IMG/VR virus record: IMGVR_UViG_3300048851_000175
Span: 84 to 64,083 of that record
DNA length: 64,000 nt
Direction: 5' to 3' (one strand)
Source of the DNA: a virus
Taxonomy: Duplodnaviria; Caudoviricetes
Shown: piece after piece, positions 52,287-62,396 of the stretch
How the letters are laid out: the number at the start of each line of letters is the position of its first letter
How positions within the stretch are numbered: the first letter of the stretch is position 1
The notes under the pieces: generated by a model
Told to the model about the DNA's origin: nothing
What the model saw: the letters and a program-made list of their open reading frames with translations, nothing else
Databases searched by the model: none
Program-made: the position numbers and the translations under genes

Positions 52287-53411
52287 ATGAACTTGCACGA
52301 CTTTATTCTTCACGAGATGGAATCGATACTCCATGCGTGGGAGGTGTTTGCCAGGGATGTGCAAACCCCAGTGCCGGCAATGGACGCCAAAGGCCTTAGA
52401 AATCATGCCGAGTACATTCTGAAAACTGTTTCGGCCGATATGCGCACATCTCAAACGGATCAGCAGCAGGTAGACAAAGCGCAGGGCCGTGGGCCAAAGT
52501 CTGAAGATGAAACCCCAGCGCAAACTCACGCAATCACCCGCCTGTCTGCGGGGTTTTCAATGGATCAAATGGTCTCAGAATATCGAGCGTTGCGATCCAG
52601 CGTGTTGCGCCTTTGGTTCGCGCAAGGGTACGTCCCTAATGAAGAGGATATTCACCAGGTTGTTCGTTTCAACGAGGCAATTGACCAAGCGTTATCGGAG
52701 TCTATTGCAACGTACGGCGCAGCAGTCGAACGTACTCGCGAAACTGTTCTAGGGGTACTGGGACACGATCTACGCACGCCTTTAGGCGCTATCACCATGG
52801 CAGGGGGGCTTTTACAGAGGGCCGATTACCTTCGCGAACGCGAGCGTCGCCTTTCGGCCCAAATCGCAATAAGTGCACGCCGAGCCACTGAGCTGATGAA
52901 CGATCTGCTGGACCTTGCTCGTTGCAATTTTGGGGAAGGAATACCGGTATATCCGGAGACAACCAACCTGAATGAGATTTGTAGGGCTTCCGTCGAAGAG
53001 CTGCGGACAGTATTTCCGTCCGTCCAGATTTCCTACGACGAGAGTCACACGCTCATTGGCCAATTCGACCCCTCACGCATAGCGCAGGTCATCACCAACC
53101 TCATAAGCAACGCCGTCCGTCATGGGGATCAGAGGCAACCCATTCGAGTGAGTCTATTCGGTGAGGGTGAGAGGGCAATATTCAGAGTACAAAACTTTGG
53201 AGAGGTGATTCCTGCCGGAGCACTGCCGCACATTTTTAACTCAGGCGCGCGGTATTCCAGCTTCGCGAATGGGGAAAAGGGGTCGTCTGCGGGACTTGGT
53301 TTAGGGCTGTTTATTGCCGCTCAAATTGTGGCTGGCCACCGTGGAGAGATCAGGGTTGAATCCACCGTGGAGCAGGGCACGACGTTTCGGGTGCTGCTTC
53401 CAACGGATTGA
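52287..53411 (+). CDS. Soluble sensor histidine kinase (RsbRD_N-like N-domain, HisKA, HATPase)
   Basis: LGHDLRTPL H-box, NLISNA N-box, GLGLGLFIA G2; no TM. Confidence 0.9.
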   Translation: MNLHDFILHEMESILHAWEVFARDVQTPVPAMDAKGLRNHAEYILKTVSADMRTSQTDQQQVDKAQGRGPKSEDETPAQTHAITRLSAGFSMDQMVSEYRALRSSVLRLWFAQGYVPNEEDIHQVVRFNEAIDQALSESIATYGAAVERTRETVLGVLGHDLRTPLGAITMAGGLLQRADYLRERERRLSAQIAISARRATELMNDLLDLARCNFGEGIPVYPETTNLNEICRASVEELRTVFPSVQISYDESHTLIGQFDPSRIAQVITNLISNAVRHGDQRQPIRVSLFGEGERAIFRVQNFGEVIPAGALPHIFNSGARYSSFANGEKGSSAGLGLGLFIAAQIVAGHRGEIRVESTVEQGTTFRVLLPTD

Positions 53412-53577
53412 GCTTTCTCTTGAAGCTTAAGATCCGCAGCGAACGGCATGGAAAGTAGACACACCGTCCCGTTTGAAATCTACCGCGAAGCCAGCCCCTA
53501 ATCGGCAGCTTATAACGGTGGATGGAACTACTGTCTTATAAGGAATTCTAGAAGGTCGTGAGACTTAGGAGTTTCTT

Positions 53578-53787
53578 ATGCCGTTGTCAGATCTTGAAGA
53601 ATGGAACCGCCACTGGCGTTTGCACGCCGAGAAGGTCACTTGCCGTACATGTCAGGCGGAACAGGTGGCCCTGTCTAGAGACCAGCCATTTGAGCACCTC
53701 CCTGACTGCCCGTATGGAACGTTCAAGCGCACACCTTGGGCTGAACTGGATGCCGCGCTCAAGGCCACTGGAGCGGCTTGGCACTAA
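53578..53787 (+). CDS. Small Cys/His-containing hypothetical protein
   Basis: CRTC...H..DC metal-binding-like pattern; AGGAG SD. Confidence 0.6.
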   Translation: MPLSDLEEWNRHWRLHAEKVTCRTCQAEQVALSRDQPFEHLPDCPYGTFKRTPWAELDAALKATGAAWH

Positions 53788-54188
53788 CTGGGCGTTGAAA
53801 TGCGGTGCTGCGGGTTCGCCGAGCGAGGAACCATGTACTTGGCTCCCTGGATTGTGCTGGATCCCACGGTCACGGTCGGCCAACTCGGATTACGGAAAAT
53901 CTAGGGCATCAGGGGGAAGCAGTGGTGCACGATTCGTCAGAGTTTGACGCTATGTGACGAGGAGGAGCCATTCGCGTAGCCCCAAGCAGGCACTGCGAAT
54001 CTGCTGCTCGGCAGAACGCCGGGGGCGGGGGGTGTGCCCAAACTGTGATAAAGCTCACATCCGGATCCTAGCGAAAGACGAACGGGAGCGCAGTGGGGCA
54101 GCGGCTTGGCTACATTTGTTAAACATTAGCCCATACCAGCGCTACGTCATCTCCGCAACGCAGGCGCTCAAGCAAAAGGGACGAGCTC

Positions 54189-54563
54189 ATGCGCTCAACA
54201 ATATTGCTCGTTCAGAATGACCGACATTTCAGTACTCGTGTGGCTGAAGCCCTGTGTGATGTTGAAACCGAGGTGATCCAGTGTTCTACGGTGCGGGAAG
54301 CCGTTTGTGCGCTGGAAAGCTCTCCTGAGATAGAGTTGCTGCTGGCGGCCGTCCAGGTGCCGGGACTGCTAGACGGCTACGAGCTCGCGCAAATAGTCAG
54401 AGTGTTTAAACCAAGGATGCCGATCATCTTAACGTCTACAGCCTCTGAATCCAGGCGGGAGAAAATCCCGCCGAGCTCTACTCTGCTTCGTAAACCGTGT
54501 GCGGTAGAAGATGTCCTAAAGTTGGTATTGGAGCAGCTCGGTCAGCCTCGTGTAGCTCCTTAA
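54189..54563 (+). CDS. Single-domain response-regulator receiver, degenerate
   Basis: Receiver fold pattern (TILLV, PGLLDGYELA, PIILTS, LRKP) but lacking the acidic pair and the phospho-Asp. Confidence 0.8.
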   Translation: MRSTILLVQNDRHFSTRVAEALCDVETEVIQCSTVREAVCALESSPEIELLLAAVQVPGLLDGYELAQIVRVFKPRMPIILTSTASESRREKIPPSSTLLRKPCAVEDVLKLVLEQLGQPRVAP

Positions 54564-55248
54564 GCTATCAGGGGAGCTATTTGAGAGACGTCCCGCACTC
54601 AGCAGAGGACCGTCGTCTGCCGGAGAAGCATTCGACGGTCGCTAGCCCCCATGTGCCAAAGACAGCCGTCAAAATTTGATGGATATCCGTTCAGGCGAAG
54701 CAGCTGTCTTGCATAAGATTACGCGCGGGCTAGATGGCGTTCGGCTCATGAACGGATAAGCTGGGCGAATAGTAGGGAAGAAGGGGGGCGTGGGCAGCAG
54801 GCCGAGAAGCGGATCGCGCACGTGAACAAAACGTGAGTCACAGCGCCAAACAGCGTGTACACTGCGCGACTTCTTGAGACAGCTTGACCGCTTGCGGGCG
54901 GCGTAGGCTGTTGATAGTTAGGCACTGTCAGTTGGTGAGGATGATTTAGGTGCCAGCGCCGCAAGGCTCGACTGTCTTCTTATTCACCAAACAAAAAGCC
55001 CCGGCTCGCGAGAGCGGGGCTTTTTGTTTCCGCGTAAAACTCTCAATATGTCCCCCCAAAACGCAACCGTATGGACCAGTATTTATTGGGTGTCTAAACA
55101 TTGAAAATGGCGGTGTTTGTAAGGGGTGATATCGAGGTTAAGGCTTTGATTCTAAAGTGATAAGTGCAGTCTTATGCCGAGTTCCATGCCTTAATACCCG
55201 CGCGTCTGACTTCAATCTACCGGGTGTTGAAGCGACAGCATGGAGAAG

Positions 55249-55464
55249 TCATCTGCGGCTGGCTTTACCAATCAATTTGATCAGCGCTGTTTTTTTTGTC
55301 TCTGATGTTTCATATCGAGCAAGCTCTATAAGGTAGTCTTGTGCCGCCTCTCCGCCGGCCTCCGCTATCGCAGCATATATGTCACTGCGCTGCCTGTCCG
55401 AGGTAGAGCGTTCGGCACACTCTATCAAGAAGTCAACGCCTATGTTGCCTTTAACAGTCATGGT
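55249..55464 (-). CDS. Small helical-repeat protein
   Basis: MTVKGNIGVDFLIECA...AIAEAGGEAAQDYLIELARYE; start estimated from the AAGGA SD. Confidence 0.55.
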   Translation of the reverse strand, partial: TMTVKGNIGVDFLIECAERSTSDRQRSDIYAAIAEAGGEAAQDYLIELARYETSETKKTALIKLIGKASRR

Positions 55465-55535
55465 GATTCCTTCATCGCAGGCTGCTTTTGAGCACAAGCA
55501 CGGCCCGGTATATTGAGACGCAGTAAGGTAAGAGC

Positions 55536-55775
55536 TCAGTCATCCAGCAGTCGGCCATCGTGGTCAACGCTAGGTTTCCATGCGTCGGCCGCGTCGTTCA
55601 CGGCGATCACCAACCCATAAAATTGCTCTTCATCGATAATGTCGAGTTGATGTAGCTGCTCGATGTAGTTAAGGGTTAGTACCGCGTAGTGCTCTGCATA
55701 TGCAGAACTTGGCGCTGTGCGGATACAGCTGATCAGCGGCTCGACGCGTTCCGCATAACGTTCGGTCATGGGCAT
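55536..55775 (-). CDS. Small hypothetical protein
   Basis: 79-aa helical ORF typical of Pseudomonas accessory islands. Confidence 0.55.
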   Translation of the reverse strand: MPMTERYAERVEPLISCIRTAPSSAYAEHYAVLTLNYIEQLHQLDIIDEEQFYGLVIAVNDAADAWKPSVDHDGRLLDD

Positions 55776-56073
55776 TCGGTAATCCTAATGACTGAAGCCG
55801 GAGAGCCGGTATTCGGACTACCGGCCTCGGAGCAATCGTCATGCGATCTGGACAAATCGCCTAGGCACGGCGATTGGATGCAGCGCCGACGGCGGTCGGT
55901 TAGCCCATCGTTATCCGCTGCGAACTGTGCTATGACTAGGGGTGAGGCAGTTCACTAAAGTGCGAGCGCGCTCGGGTCCACTTCGCCTTTATTCGCGTGC
56001 ATAGTGCGAGGCGTCCAGGCATCCATACCAGATGCATTTAAAGCGGCGGTGATTTGGACCGACAGCACAGCAC

Positions 56074-56358
56074 TCAGGCATCTTTCCATCTAACCTCTGT
56101 TATGCCGAACCGCTCCGCTTTCGGTTTACATAGCTTTATTACGGGTTCACGCCGATATTTTGGTATCTCTCCAAAACCAGCATCGACAGTCGCCCAGTGC
56201 CAAGCTTCCTCGTTGTTCATTGCACCGGCTCGCACGTAGAAGCTTTGGCTTGTACCCTTAAGAATATATTCAATTTGATAATGCCGTTCACTCGTCATAA
56301 CCACCCCCTTTCGGCATGCGGATATACCGGTCTGATCATACATCTCTCGCGCGTCCAT
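56074..56358 (-). CDS. Small hypothetical protein (DUF6555-like)
   Basis: YQIEY...F......MNNEEAWHWATVDAG...AERFGITEVRW. Confidence 0.6.
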   Translation of the reverse strand: MDAREMYDQTGISACRKGVVMTSERHYQIEYILKGTSQSFYVRAGAMNNEEAWHWATVDAGFGEIPKYRREPVIKLCKPKAERFGITEVRWKDA

Positions 56359-56460
56359 AAAGCGTCACGCCCTAGGAAGCTCGGAGTCGTTGATGCGACA
56401 GCTAGTCACCGCTGCAATTGTCGCAGCCTAGTATGTAATTGAACCAAAGCCCGGCAAATT

Positions 56461-56652
56461 TTACGGATTGACGCTTTGCGCGGACTCCCGTGTCGCGCGG
56501 GGCAACTCGCGGGTCCTGGCGCGCATTCCGCAGCCCAAACACACCCATTCTTCAGTATCAAGCCCAAGGTAATAGCCCTTTCGGACGAGAGAGTGTTTGC
56601 ATTTCCGAGCCGGGGCTGCGCGCCGTCCGCTCTCAAGCATCCAGTTGAGCAT
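56461..56652 (-). CDS. Small Zn-ribbon-like protein
   Basis: CKH...KGYYLG...WVCLGCG. Confidence 0.45.
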   Translation of the reverse strand: MLNWMLESGRRAAPARKCKHSLVRKGYYLGLDTEEWVCLGCGMRARTRELPRATRESAQSVNP

Positions 56653-57273
56653 GGCTTTCCTTGGCCCTACTGAGCCTATTCACGTCTATTAAAATGCGCC
56701 TGCGAACAGACCGAAGTCTACCGAGGTTGGTGCGTTACCCGAACCCTATAGTAGAAGAGTCAGCCAAGAGAACGTTCAAGTTATTTCGGTTACCAGCCGC
56801 ATTATTCTCGATCTCACTCAAACGAATAATCTAACACTCTATATGGGTGTGTTAGTACAGCGTTTAATGCCTGTTTTGTAAAGTTTCGTCTATAGGCACT
56901 TATCTGTTAGCCGCTCCGCTCAGGTGATTGCATGACCTAATGAGCACGCGCGAATATGGCCGGTAAAATGCCTTACGGGAAGCATTCCCAGCCCGCTGCC
57001 GGCATAGACGATCTCGACTAGTTGTAAGCAGACCAGGTCATTAAGAATGTCCACTTCTCCGTGCCATCGAATGCTCGAAGGCTTCCCCCAAAACTTTCGG
57101 GTTGTGAACTACTCTCATAAGGGTCTTGGTGAAATTAAGACGCCAGACGAGCGCTAGACCACAGGTACGTGTCAGCTGGCGGCTACGCTGTGTCGGAACG
57201 CACGAGCTAGTACTCATGACCGCATTCATGAAGTCGCAATAGCCTCCCTCACCAACAGTTTAGGAGAACGAAA

Positions 57274-58392
57274 ATGCGGTTGGCTGCATTTATCACTACG
57301 CACATGGAATCGATTCTTCAGGAATGGGAGGATTTCGCTCGAACCGTGGATATTCCGGGTCCGCCTATGGATAGCACGGGCCTCCGCGACCACGCCAGCC
57401 TCATGCTCGAGACCATTGCCGAAGATCTCAAAACAGAGCAGACCGAGCAGCAGCAGGTTGATAAATCGCATGGCAAGGCGCCGGGAAGCACAGAGGATAC
57501 CGCAGCAGAATCCCATGCTCTCACCCGCCTTGCATCCGGTTTCACTATCGATCAGATGGTTTCAGAGTACCGCGCTCTTAGGGCCAGCGTATTAAAGCAC
57601 TGGATGACAACGCCGCAGGAAGACTCTGAGTATCACATACGCGACATGCTTCGTTTCAATGAAGCGATCGATCAGGCTCTGGCTGAATCAGTTGCGAGCT
57701 ACACTCGCGCTGCCCAGAGCTCTCGCGACATTTTCCTCGGTATCCTCGGCCACGACCTGCGAACGCCGCTCGGCGCCATACTACTCGCATCAGATGTGCT
57801 GTTGCGGACCGACGACCTAGGCGGTCGTGCCACCAAGCTATCAGCTCGAATTTACTCAAGCGTGAGCCGCGCAAATAGGATCGTTGCTGACCTCATGGAC
57901 TTTACAAGGGTTCATCTGGGTAACGGTATCCCGGTGCGACTTGAGCGTGTTGACCTGGTGCCTATCTGCGAACAGATCGTCGATGAAGCCAGCACCTTTC
58001 ACCCCAACGCCGAGATTGTCGCGGCCACGTGTAAAGCGGCTGTCGGAGAGTTCGACGCCCCCCGCATCGAGCAGGTTTTCTCGAATCTGATTAGCAATGC
58101 GGTCCACCATGGAGACAAAGAGTCACCCGTCTCGGTGTGCCTCGAATGTGCAAAAACTGAGGTGGTTTTCAGCGTCCATAACCAAGGTGTTCCAATCCCA
58201 GAGCAGGTCCTCTCAACAATATTTCAACCGATGGAGCGATACATTCCCGGTGTTGGATCTGGGCAGCCCGCAGGGGGCGGGCTGGGTCTAGGGCTGCATA
58301 TTGCAGCAGAGATAGTAGAAGCTCATAAAGGCAAAATTGAGGTGGAATCAGGCTCGGCTGGGACGCTCTTTACTGTGCGGTTGCCTAAGTAG
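57274..58392 (+). CDS. Soluble sensor histidine kinase, paralog of 52287-53411
   Basis: Same N-domain (MESILQEWEDFAR...DQMVSEYRALRASV), LGHDLRTPL, NLISNA, GLGLGLHIA. Confidence 0.92.
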   Translation: MRLAAFITTHMESILQEWEDFARTVDIPGPPMDSTGLRDHASLMLETIAEDLKTEQTEQQQVDKSHGKAPGSTEDTAAESHALTRLASGFTIDQMVSEYRALRASVLKHWMTTPQEDSEYHIRDMLRFNEAIDQALAESVASYTRAAQSSRDIFLGILGHDLRTPLGAILLASDVLLRTDDLGGRATKLSARIYSSVSRANRIVADLMDFTRVHLGNGIPVRLERVDLVPICEQIVDEASTFHPNAEIVAATCKAAVGEFDAPRIEQVFSNLISNAVHHGDKESPVSVCLECAKTEVVFSVHNQGVPIPEQVLSTIFQPMERYIPGVGSGQPAGGGLGLGLHIAAEIVEAHKGKIEVESGSAGTLFTVRLPK

Positions 58393-58743
58393 TCTGGGCG
58401 GATGCCGGTGGTATTTTCGAGTCAGCTCTCTATAAGGCCGCAGTGGCGTTACATTGGGGCAAATCAGTTCCGATATACGCCCCGCGCGCCGCGTGTAACG
58501 CGGGTTCCACCCTCACGGTTTTGAACAGGTATCGGAACGCGAATAACCCTCAAAGTGTCGCCTCGATGTTTTACACCCACGGTCTTGAAATCCAGTAGGG
58601 CGCGGCGTCAGCTTCCGTGACCCGACTCGGGGATGGTGGGGGATTTTCGGGGATTGGCTGTGTTTAGTGCGGATCAGTACGGCATCGATTGCAGCGAGCG
58701 TCTGAAAAGTCCTAATAAAATCAACAGCTTGCGAATATCGTCA

Positions 58744-58794
58744 AGCATGGGGTGCTAGGGGTCGAGTGTTCGAATCACTCCGTCCCGACCATAT
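58744..58794 (+). repeat. attR core (3' half of tRNA-Pro)
   Basis: Identical to 398-448; the 5' half of the tRNA is absent. Confidence 0.95.
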
Positions 58795-58870
58795 ATTTCA
58801 ATGACTTAGGCCAATGTTCACAGCATTGGCCTTTTTCATGCGCGTGAGTTTTGCGTGACTCGTCTGTTTT

Positions 58871-59335
58871 TCATGCCTGCCTCCTCTTCAAAATAGTCAG
58901 CACCGGTCCGCGTGAGTCGGTAGCTGATACCATGTTCGCAGCTTCAATCAAATGCCCAAGCACAGCGCCAGAGTGGTGACTGGTAATGCTGCCGTTCTTG
59001 TGCTCGAGCAGGGCCTCTCGATCTTCCTCAGCAGGCTGATCATCGGCACCACGTCCAACCAGTGCCGGCGTTCCGCATCCCGCCACTTACGCGCGCACAG
59101 GTTCAGAACCCTGATCACTCGGTGCAGTGTGATGTCACCGTCCAGTTGGTAACGGCTTGCGCTCAGCAGGATGAAGCTTGGACTGGATGTATGGAGCCGT
59201 GGACGCCTCGCGCCGAGTTCTCACCTGGCGCACGCCGTAAACCTTCCGCTGGCGCGCAGTTTCTCAAACTTGTGAATCAGGTACTGCTCCGCTTCCGCCC
59301 TGTCCAAAGTTCCAGCGCTCTTCTGAATTCGTTCT
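58871..59335 (-). pseudogene. Decayed integrase related to 515-1693
   Basis: C-terminus EDREALLEHKNGSITSHHSGA...ATDSRGPVLTILKR is nearly identical to int; central deletion, frameshifts, and an N-terminal EAEQYLIHK remnant. Confidence 0.88.
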
Positions 59336-59534
59336 TCATGGTATTTCTAGCCAATGACAATCAAGTGCAACTGATCACCTTTGCGCTGACGCCCGCTGTG
59401 CCTTCTGATCTGTTCCAGCTGCTTCCTGCACGAATCCAGTGCCCCATCGATTGCAATTGAATGATTAAGCGATTCTTAGGTCGATCCCCCTTGAAAGCAA
59501 TGAATCCTCGACTCTCACTTAAAGGAATGGCCAG

Positions 59535-62075
59535 ATGGCGAATTCATTCAATGTCAAAGACTTCGGTGCCCTGGGCGACGGGCACAGCGACGACACGCAG
59601 GCACTGCAAGCGGCTATCGATGCCGCCTCGGCGGCCGGAGGCGGTACGGTGGTGATCCCTGCCGGTACCTATATTGTCAGTGCCCAGGCTTCCGGTAGCG
59701 CTCTGGTGATCAAGGACAACGTTCAGCTTGAGGGCGACGCCACTGATCGGGCAACGCTGAAACTGGCGAACGGCTCAAGCGCCGATATCGACGGCATCCT
59801 GCGCGCCAACGGCGATGGGATCGGTGTCAGCAATCTGGCTATCGACGGCAACCGCGCGCATACCACGGGTGTGGTCAGCGATTTATCCCTGGGGGACGGC
59901 GCGCAACTGACGCTCAATTACGTCCACGCCACCAACGCGTCCGGCTACGGCCTGGATCTGCGCGCAGAGGGCGGTCAGGTTCAGGCCAACAAGGCCTACG
60001 TGGACTATAACGGGCTGGACGGAGTGACTGCGGCGGGGCTGGTCGGCAGCGCACTCAACGACCTGATCGTTCGTGACAACGATGGCAACGGTCTCGCGAC
60101 TCAGGGTGCGGTGACGGTTCAGGATATCAACAGCACCAGCAATCAAGGGTATGGGGTTGCCGTTCAGGGTGACGATAACGGCCATGCTGCGCAGCTGATC
60201 AGTGGATCGATCACTGGCAACCGTACCGGAGGAGTGTTGATCGACGAGGCCAGCGACGCATTGGTCGATCACCTGTCTATCTCATCTAACAGCGCGTCGG
60301 CCATCGAGGTACGCAACTCGCAAGGCACGCAGATCAGCACCAATGGTATCAGTGGTAGCCGTCTGGACAACAACCATCCCTACGTACTCCTGCAAGACAG
60401 CACCGGGACTGAGGTGAGAGGCAACGTCATCGGCGACGCGGGCTATTATGACGGTATGCAGTCCACCTACGGCGTCGAGGAGCGCGGCCAGAGCGATGCC
60501 AACCGTATCGTTGACAACTTCATCGGCAACGTCACCGAGGGCGAAGTGAAGGTGGTCGGCACCGCGACCGCGGTTTTCGATAACACAGATGTGTTGACCA
60601 CCTATGGCTCCACGGGTGACGACGTGATCTCGGAATATGCCCGGTCCCACAACACTGTCTTGTACGGCGGTGCAGGTAACGATTCGATCCAGGGTGGGGT
60701 GCTGGACAATGTATTGATCGGCGGTGCCGGCGTCGACCAGCTCGCAGGGGCGCAGGGCCACGACACGTTCCGATTTACCCAGCTGACCGACAGCTATCGC
60801 ACTGCAAGCGCCAGTTACGCCGATACCATCACCGCTTTCGATGCCAGCAAGGACAGCATCGATGTTACCAGTCTGGGGATGAGCGGCCTGGGCAATGGGC
60901 ACAACGGCACGTTGGATCTGACGTACAACGCTGACAAGAACCTCACCTACCTCAAGAGCTATGATGCCGACGCACAAGGCCAGCGCTTTGAACTGATCCT
61001 TAACGGCGACTATCGCACCAGTCTGACGGCGGATAATTTTCTCCCGCTCACCGCCGGCACCTCCGGGGACGACAGCCTGCACGGCACCACCCACGGCCGT
61101 GACACCCTGGTTGGCGGCGACGGCCGCGACGTGCTTTCGGGCCGCGGTGACGATGATCGCCTGGACGGTGGCGCTGGTGCCGATCGGCTGATCGGCGGTC
61201 AGGGCGTGGATACCTTCGTCTATGACCAACTGACCGATAGCCAGGTCGATGCCGCAGGGAAAAATCAGGGCCGGGACCTGATCGTCGACTTCAACAGTGA
61301 CGACCATGACCAGATCGATGTCTCGGCTTTGGGTTTCACCGGTTTCGGCGATGGCCACGGCACCACGCTGAGCGTGACCTACGACAGCGCCAACGACATC
61401 ACGCGTATCAGCTCAAAGGAGCTGGACAGCGCCGGCAATCGTTTCCAGATCGCTCTGAGCGGCGACCATGTGCTTGACCTGGGCTCCAACGCTGTCGAGT
61501 TCGCCCGAGCCGACAGTCCGCAAGAAACCAGCACGTATCCGGTGCAGACATCGAGCATCGGCACGACGGCGAACGACAAGCTCAGCGGCTCGGCAGATGC
61601 GGACCGTCTCTATGGTCTGGACGGAGACGATGTGCTGCAGGGGGGCGCCAATAACGACTTCCTGCTCGGTGGCCATGGCGCAGACAAACTTACCGGCGGC
61701 AGCGGTAGCGATTACTTCGTGTTCCAGAGCGTCGAGGACAGCTACCGCACCGCCGACCAGAGCCATACCGACCTGATCACCGATTTCAATCAGGGCTACG
61801 ACAGCCTCTCCGTCAGCGCACTGGGCTACACCGATATCGGCGATGGCTTCAATGGCACCTTGAAGATCGACTACAACGCCGCTCTGGACCGCACCTATGT
61901 CCGTGACCTGCAGGGCGACGACCAGGGGCGGTTTTTCCAGATCGCCCTGGGTGGCGATCAGACACAGAACCTGCGGTACAACAACATGGGCTTTGCGGAT
62001 CGCGATGTGTCGGAGGATGTCGCGCCGATCGAGGTGGTGGGCGTGGCTACCCATACCGAGCATGCTGTTGGGTGA
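59535..62075 (+). CDS. Secreted AlgE/PsmE-like right-handed beta-helix protein with RTX repeats
   Basis: FNVKDFGALGDG.SDDT.A.QAAID start, parallel beta-helix repeats, GGxGxD nonapeptides and three DSYR/T...DLITDF R-type modules. Confidence 0.8.
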   Translation: MANSFNVKDFGALGDGHSDDTQALQAAIDAASAAGGGTVVIPAGTYIVSAQASGSALVIKDNVQLEGDATDRATLKLANGSSADIDGILRANGDGIGVSNLAIDGNRAHTTGVVSDLSLGDGAQLTLNYVHATNASGYGLDLRAEGGQVQANKAYVDYNGLDGVTAAGLVGSALNDLIVRDNDGNGLATQGAVTVQDINSTSNQGYGVAVQGDDNGHAAQLISGSITGNRTGGVLIDEASDALVDHLSISSNSASAIEVRNSQGTQISTNGISGSRLDNNHPYVLLQDSTGTEVRGNVIGDAGYYDGMQSTYGVEERGQSDANRIVDNFIGNVTEGEVKVVGTATAVFDNTDVLTTYGSTGDDVISEYARSHNTVLYGGAGNDSIQGGVLDNVLIGGAGVDQLAGAQGHDTFRFTQLTDSYRTASASYADTITAFDASKDSIDVTSLGMSGLGNGHNGTLDLTYNADKNLTYLKSYDADAQGQRFELILNGDYRTSLTADNFLPLTAGTSGDDSLHGTTHGRDTLVGGDGRDVLSGRGDDDRLDGGAGADRLIGGQGVDTFVYDQLTDSQVDAAGKNQGRDLIVDFNSDDHDQIDVSALGFTGFGDGHGTTLSVTYDSANDITRISSKELDSAGNRFQIALSGDHVLDLGSNAVEFARADSPQETSTYPVQTSSIGTTANDKLSGSADADRLYGLDGDDVLQGGANNDFLLGGHGADKLTGGSGSDYFVFQSVEDSYRTADQSHTDLITDFNQGYDSLSVSALGYTDIGDGFNGTLKIDYNAALDRTYVRDLQGDDQGRFFQIALGGDQTQNLRYNNMGFADRDVSEDVAPIEVVGVATHTEHAVG

Positions 62076-62150
62076 TTAGGATCGAGCCCCGTTCAATAAA
62101 CCATGAAGGGGGTTCGCTTGTGGCGACTACATTTTTTCGTTTAAGAAATG

Positions 62151-62243
62151 TTAGTAGCGGACTTTGAAAGCCGGAGAGTCCTCCGGCCGAAGCTGCCTAC
62201 GATCATAGATTCGGGTTGTGCTGATATTGGTGTTGCGAAACCA
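62151..62243 (-). pseudogene. Tyrosine-recombinase C-terminal scrap
   Basis: Minus strand reads [30 protein letters not shown], a degraded version of the (W)[13 protein letters not shown] motif. Confidence 0.6.
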
Positions 62244-62396
62244 GTTCCGAAACTTGACGTGCGCTCCGCGTGGAATGGGGTCTGCAGGACCAGGGTTTTG
62301 AAAAAGTATCTGGACGCCGATCGCCTCTAATGGGGCACCCCGCTGGATTTTCCATAACGGTCTTAGAATCCGGTGGCGCGGCCGGCATCGCGACCG

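Larger units (their letters stand above)
398..58794. mobile_element. Lambdoid siphoprophage integrated in tRNA-Pro(GGG), ~58.3 kb, apparently complete
   Basis: Direct repeats at both ends, integrase next to attL, and a full ordered set of immunity, replication, lysis, head and tail genes with no obvious disruption. Confidence 0.93.

Noticed and set aside
58744-58794. Second tRNA-Pro gene
   Set aside because: Only the 3' 48 nt of the tRNA are present; the acceptor 5' strand and D-arm are missing, so it is attR.
59062-59460. 132-aa plus-strand ORF
   Set aside because: Antisense reading of the integrase pseudogene.
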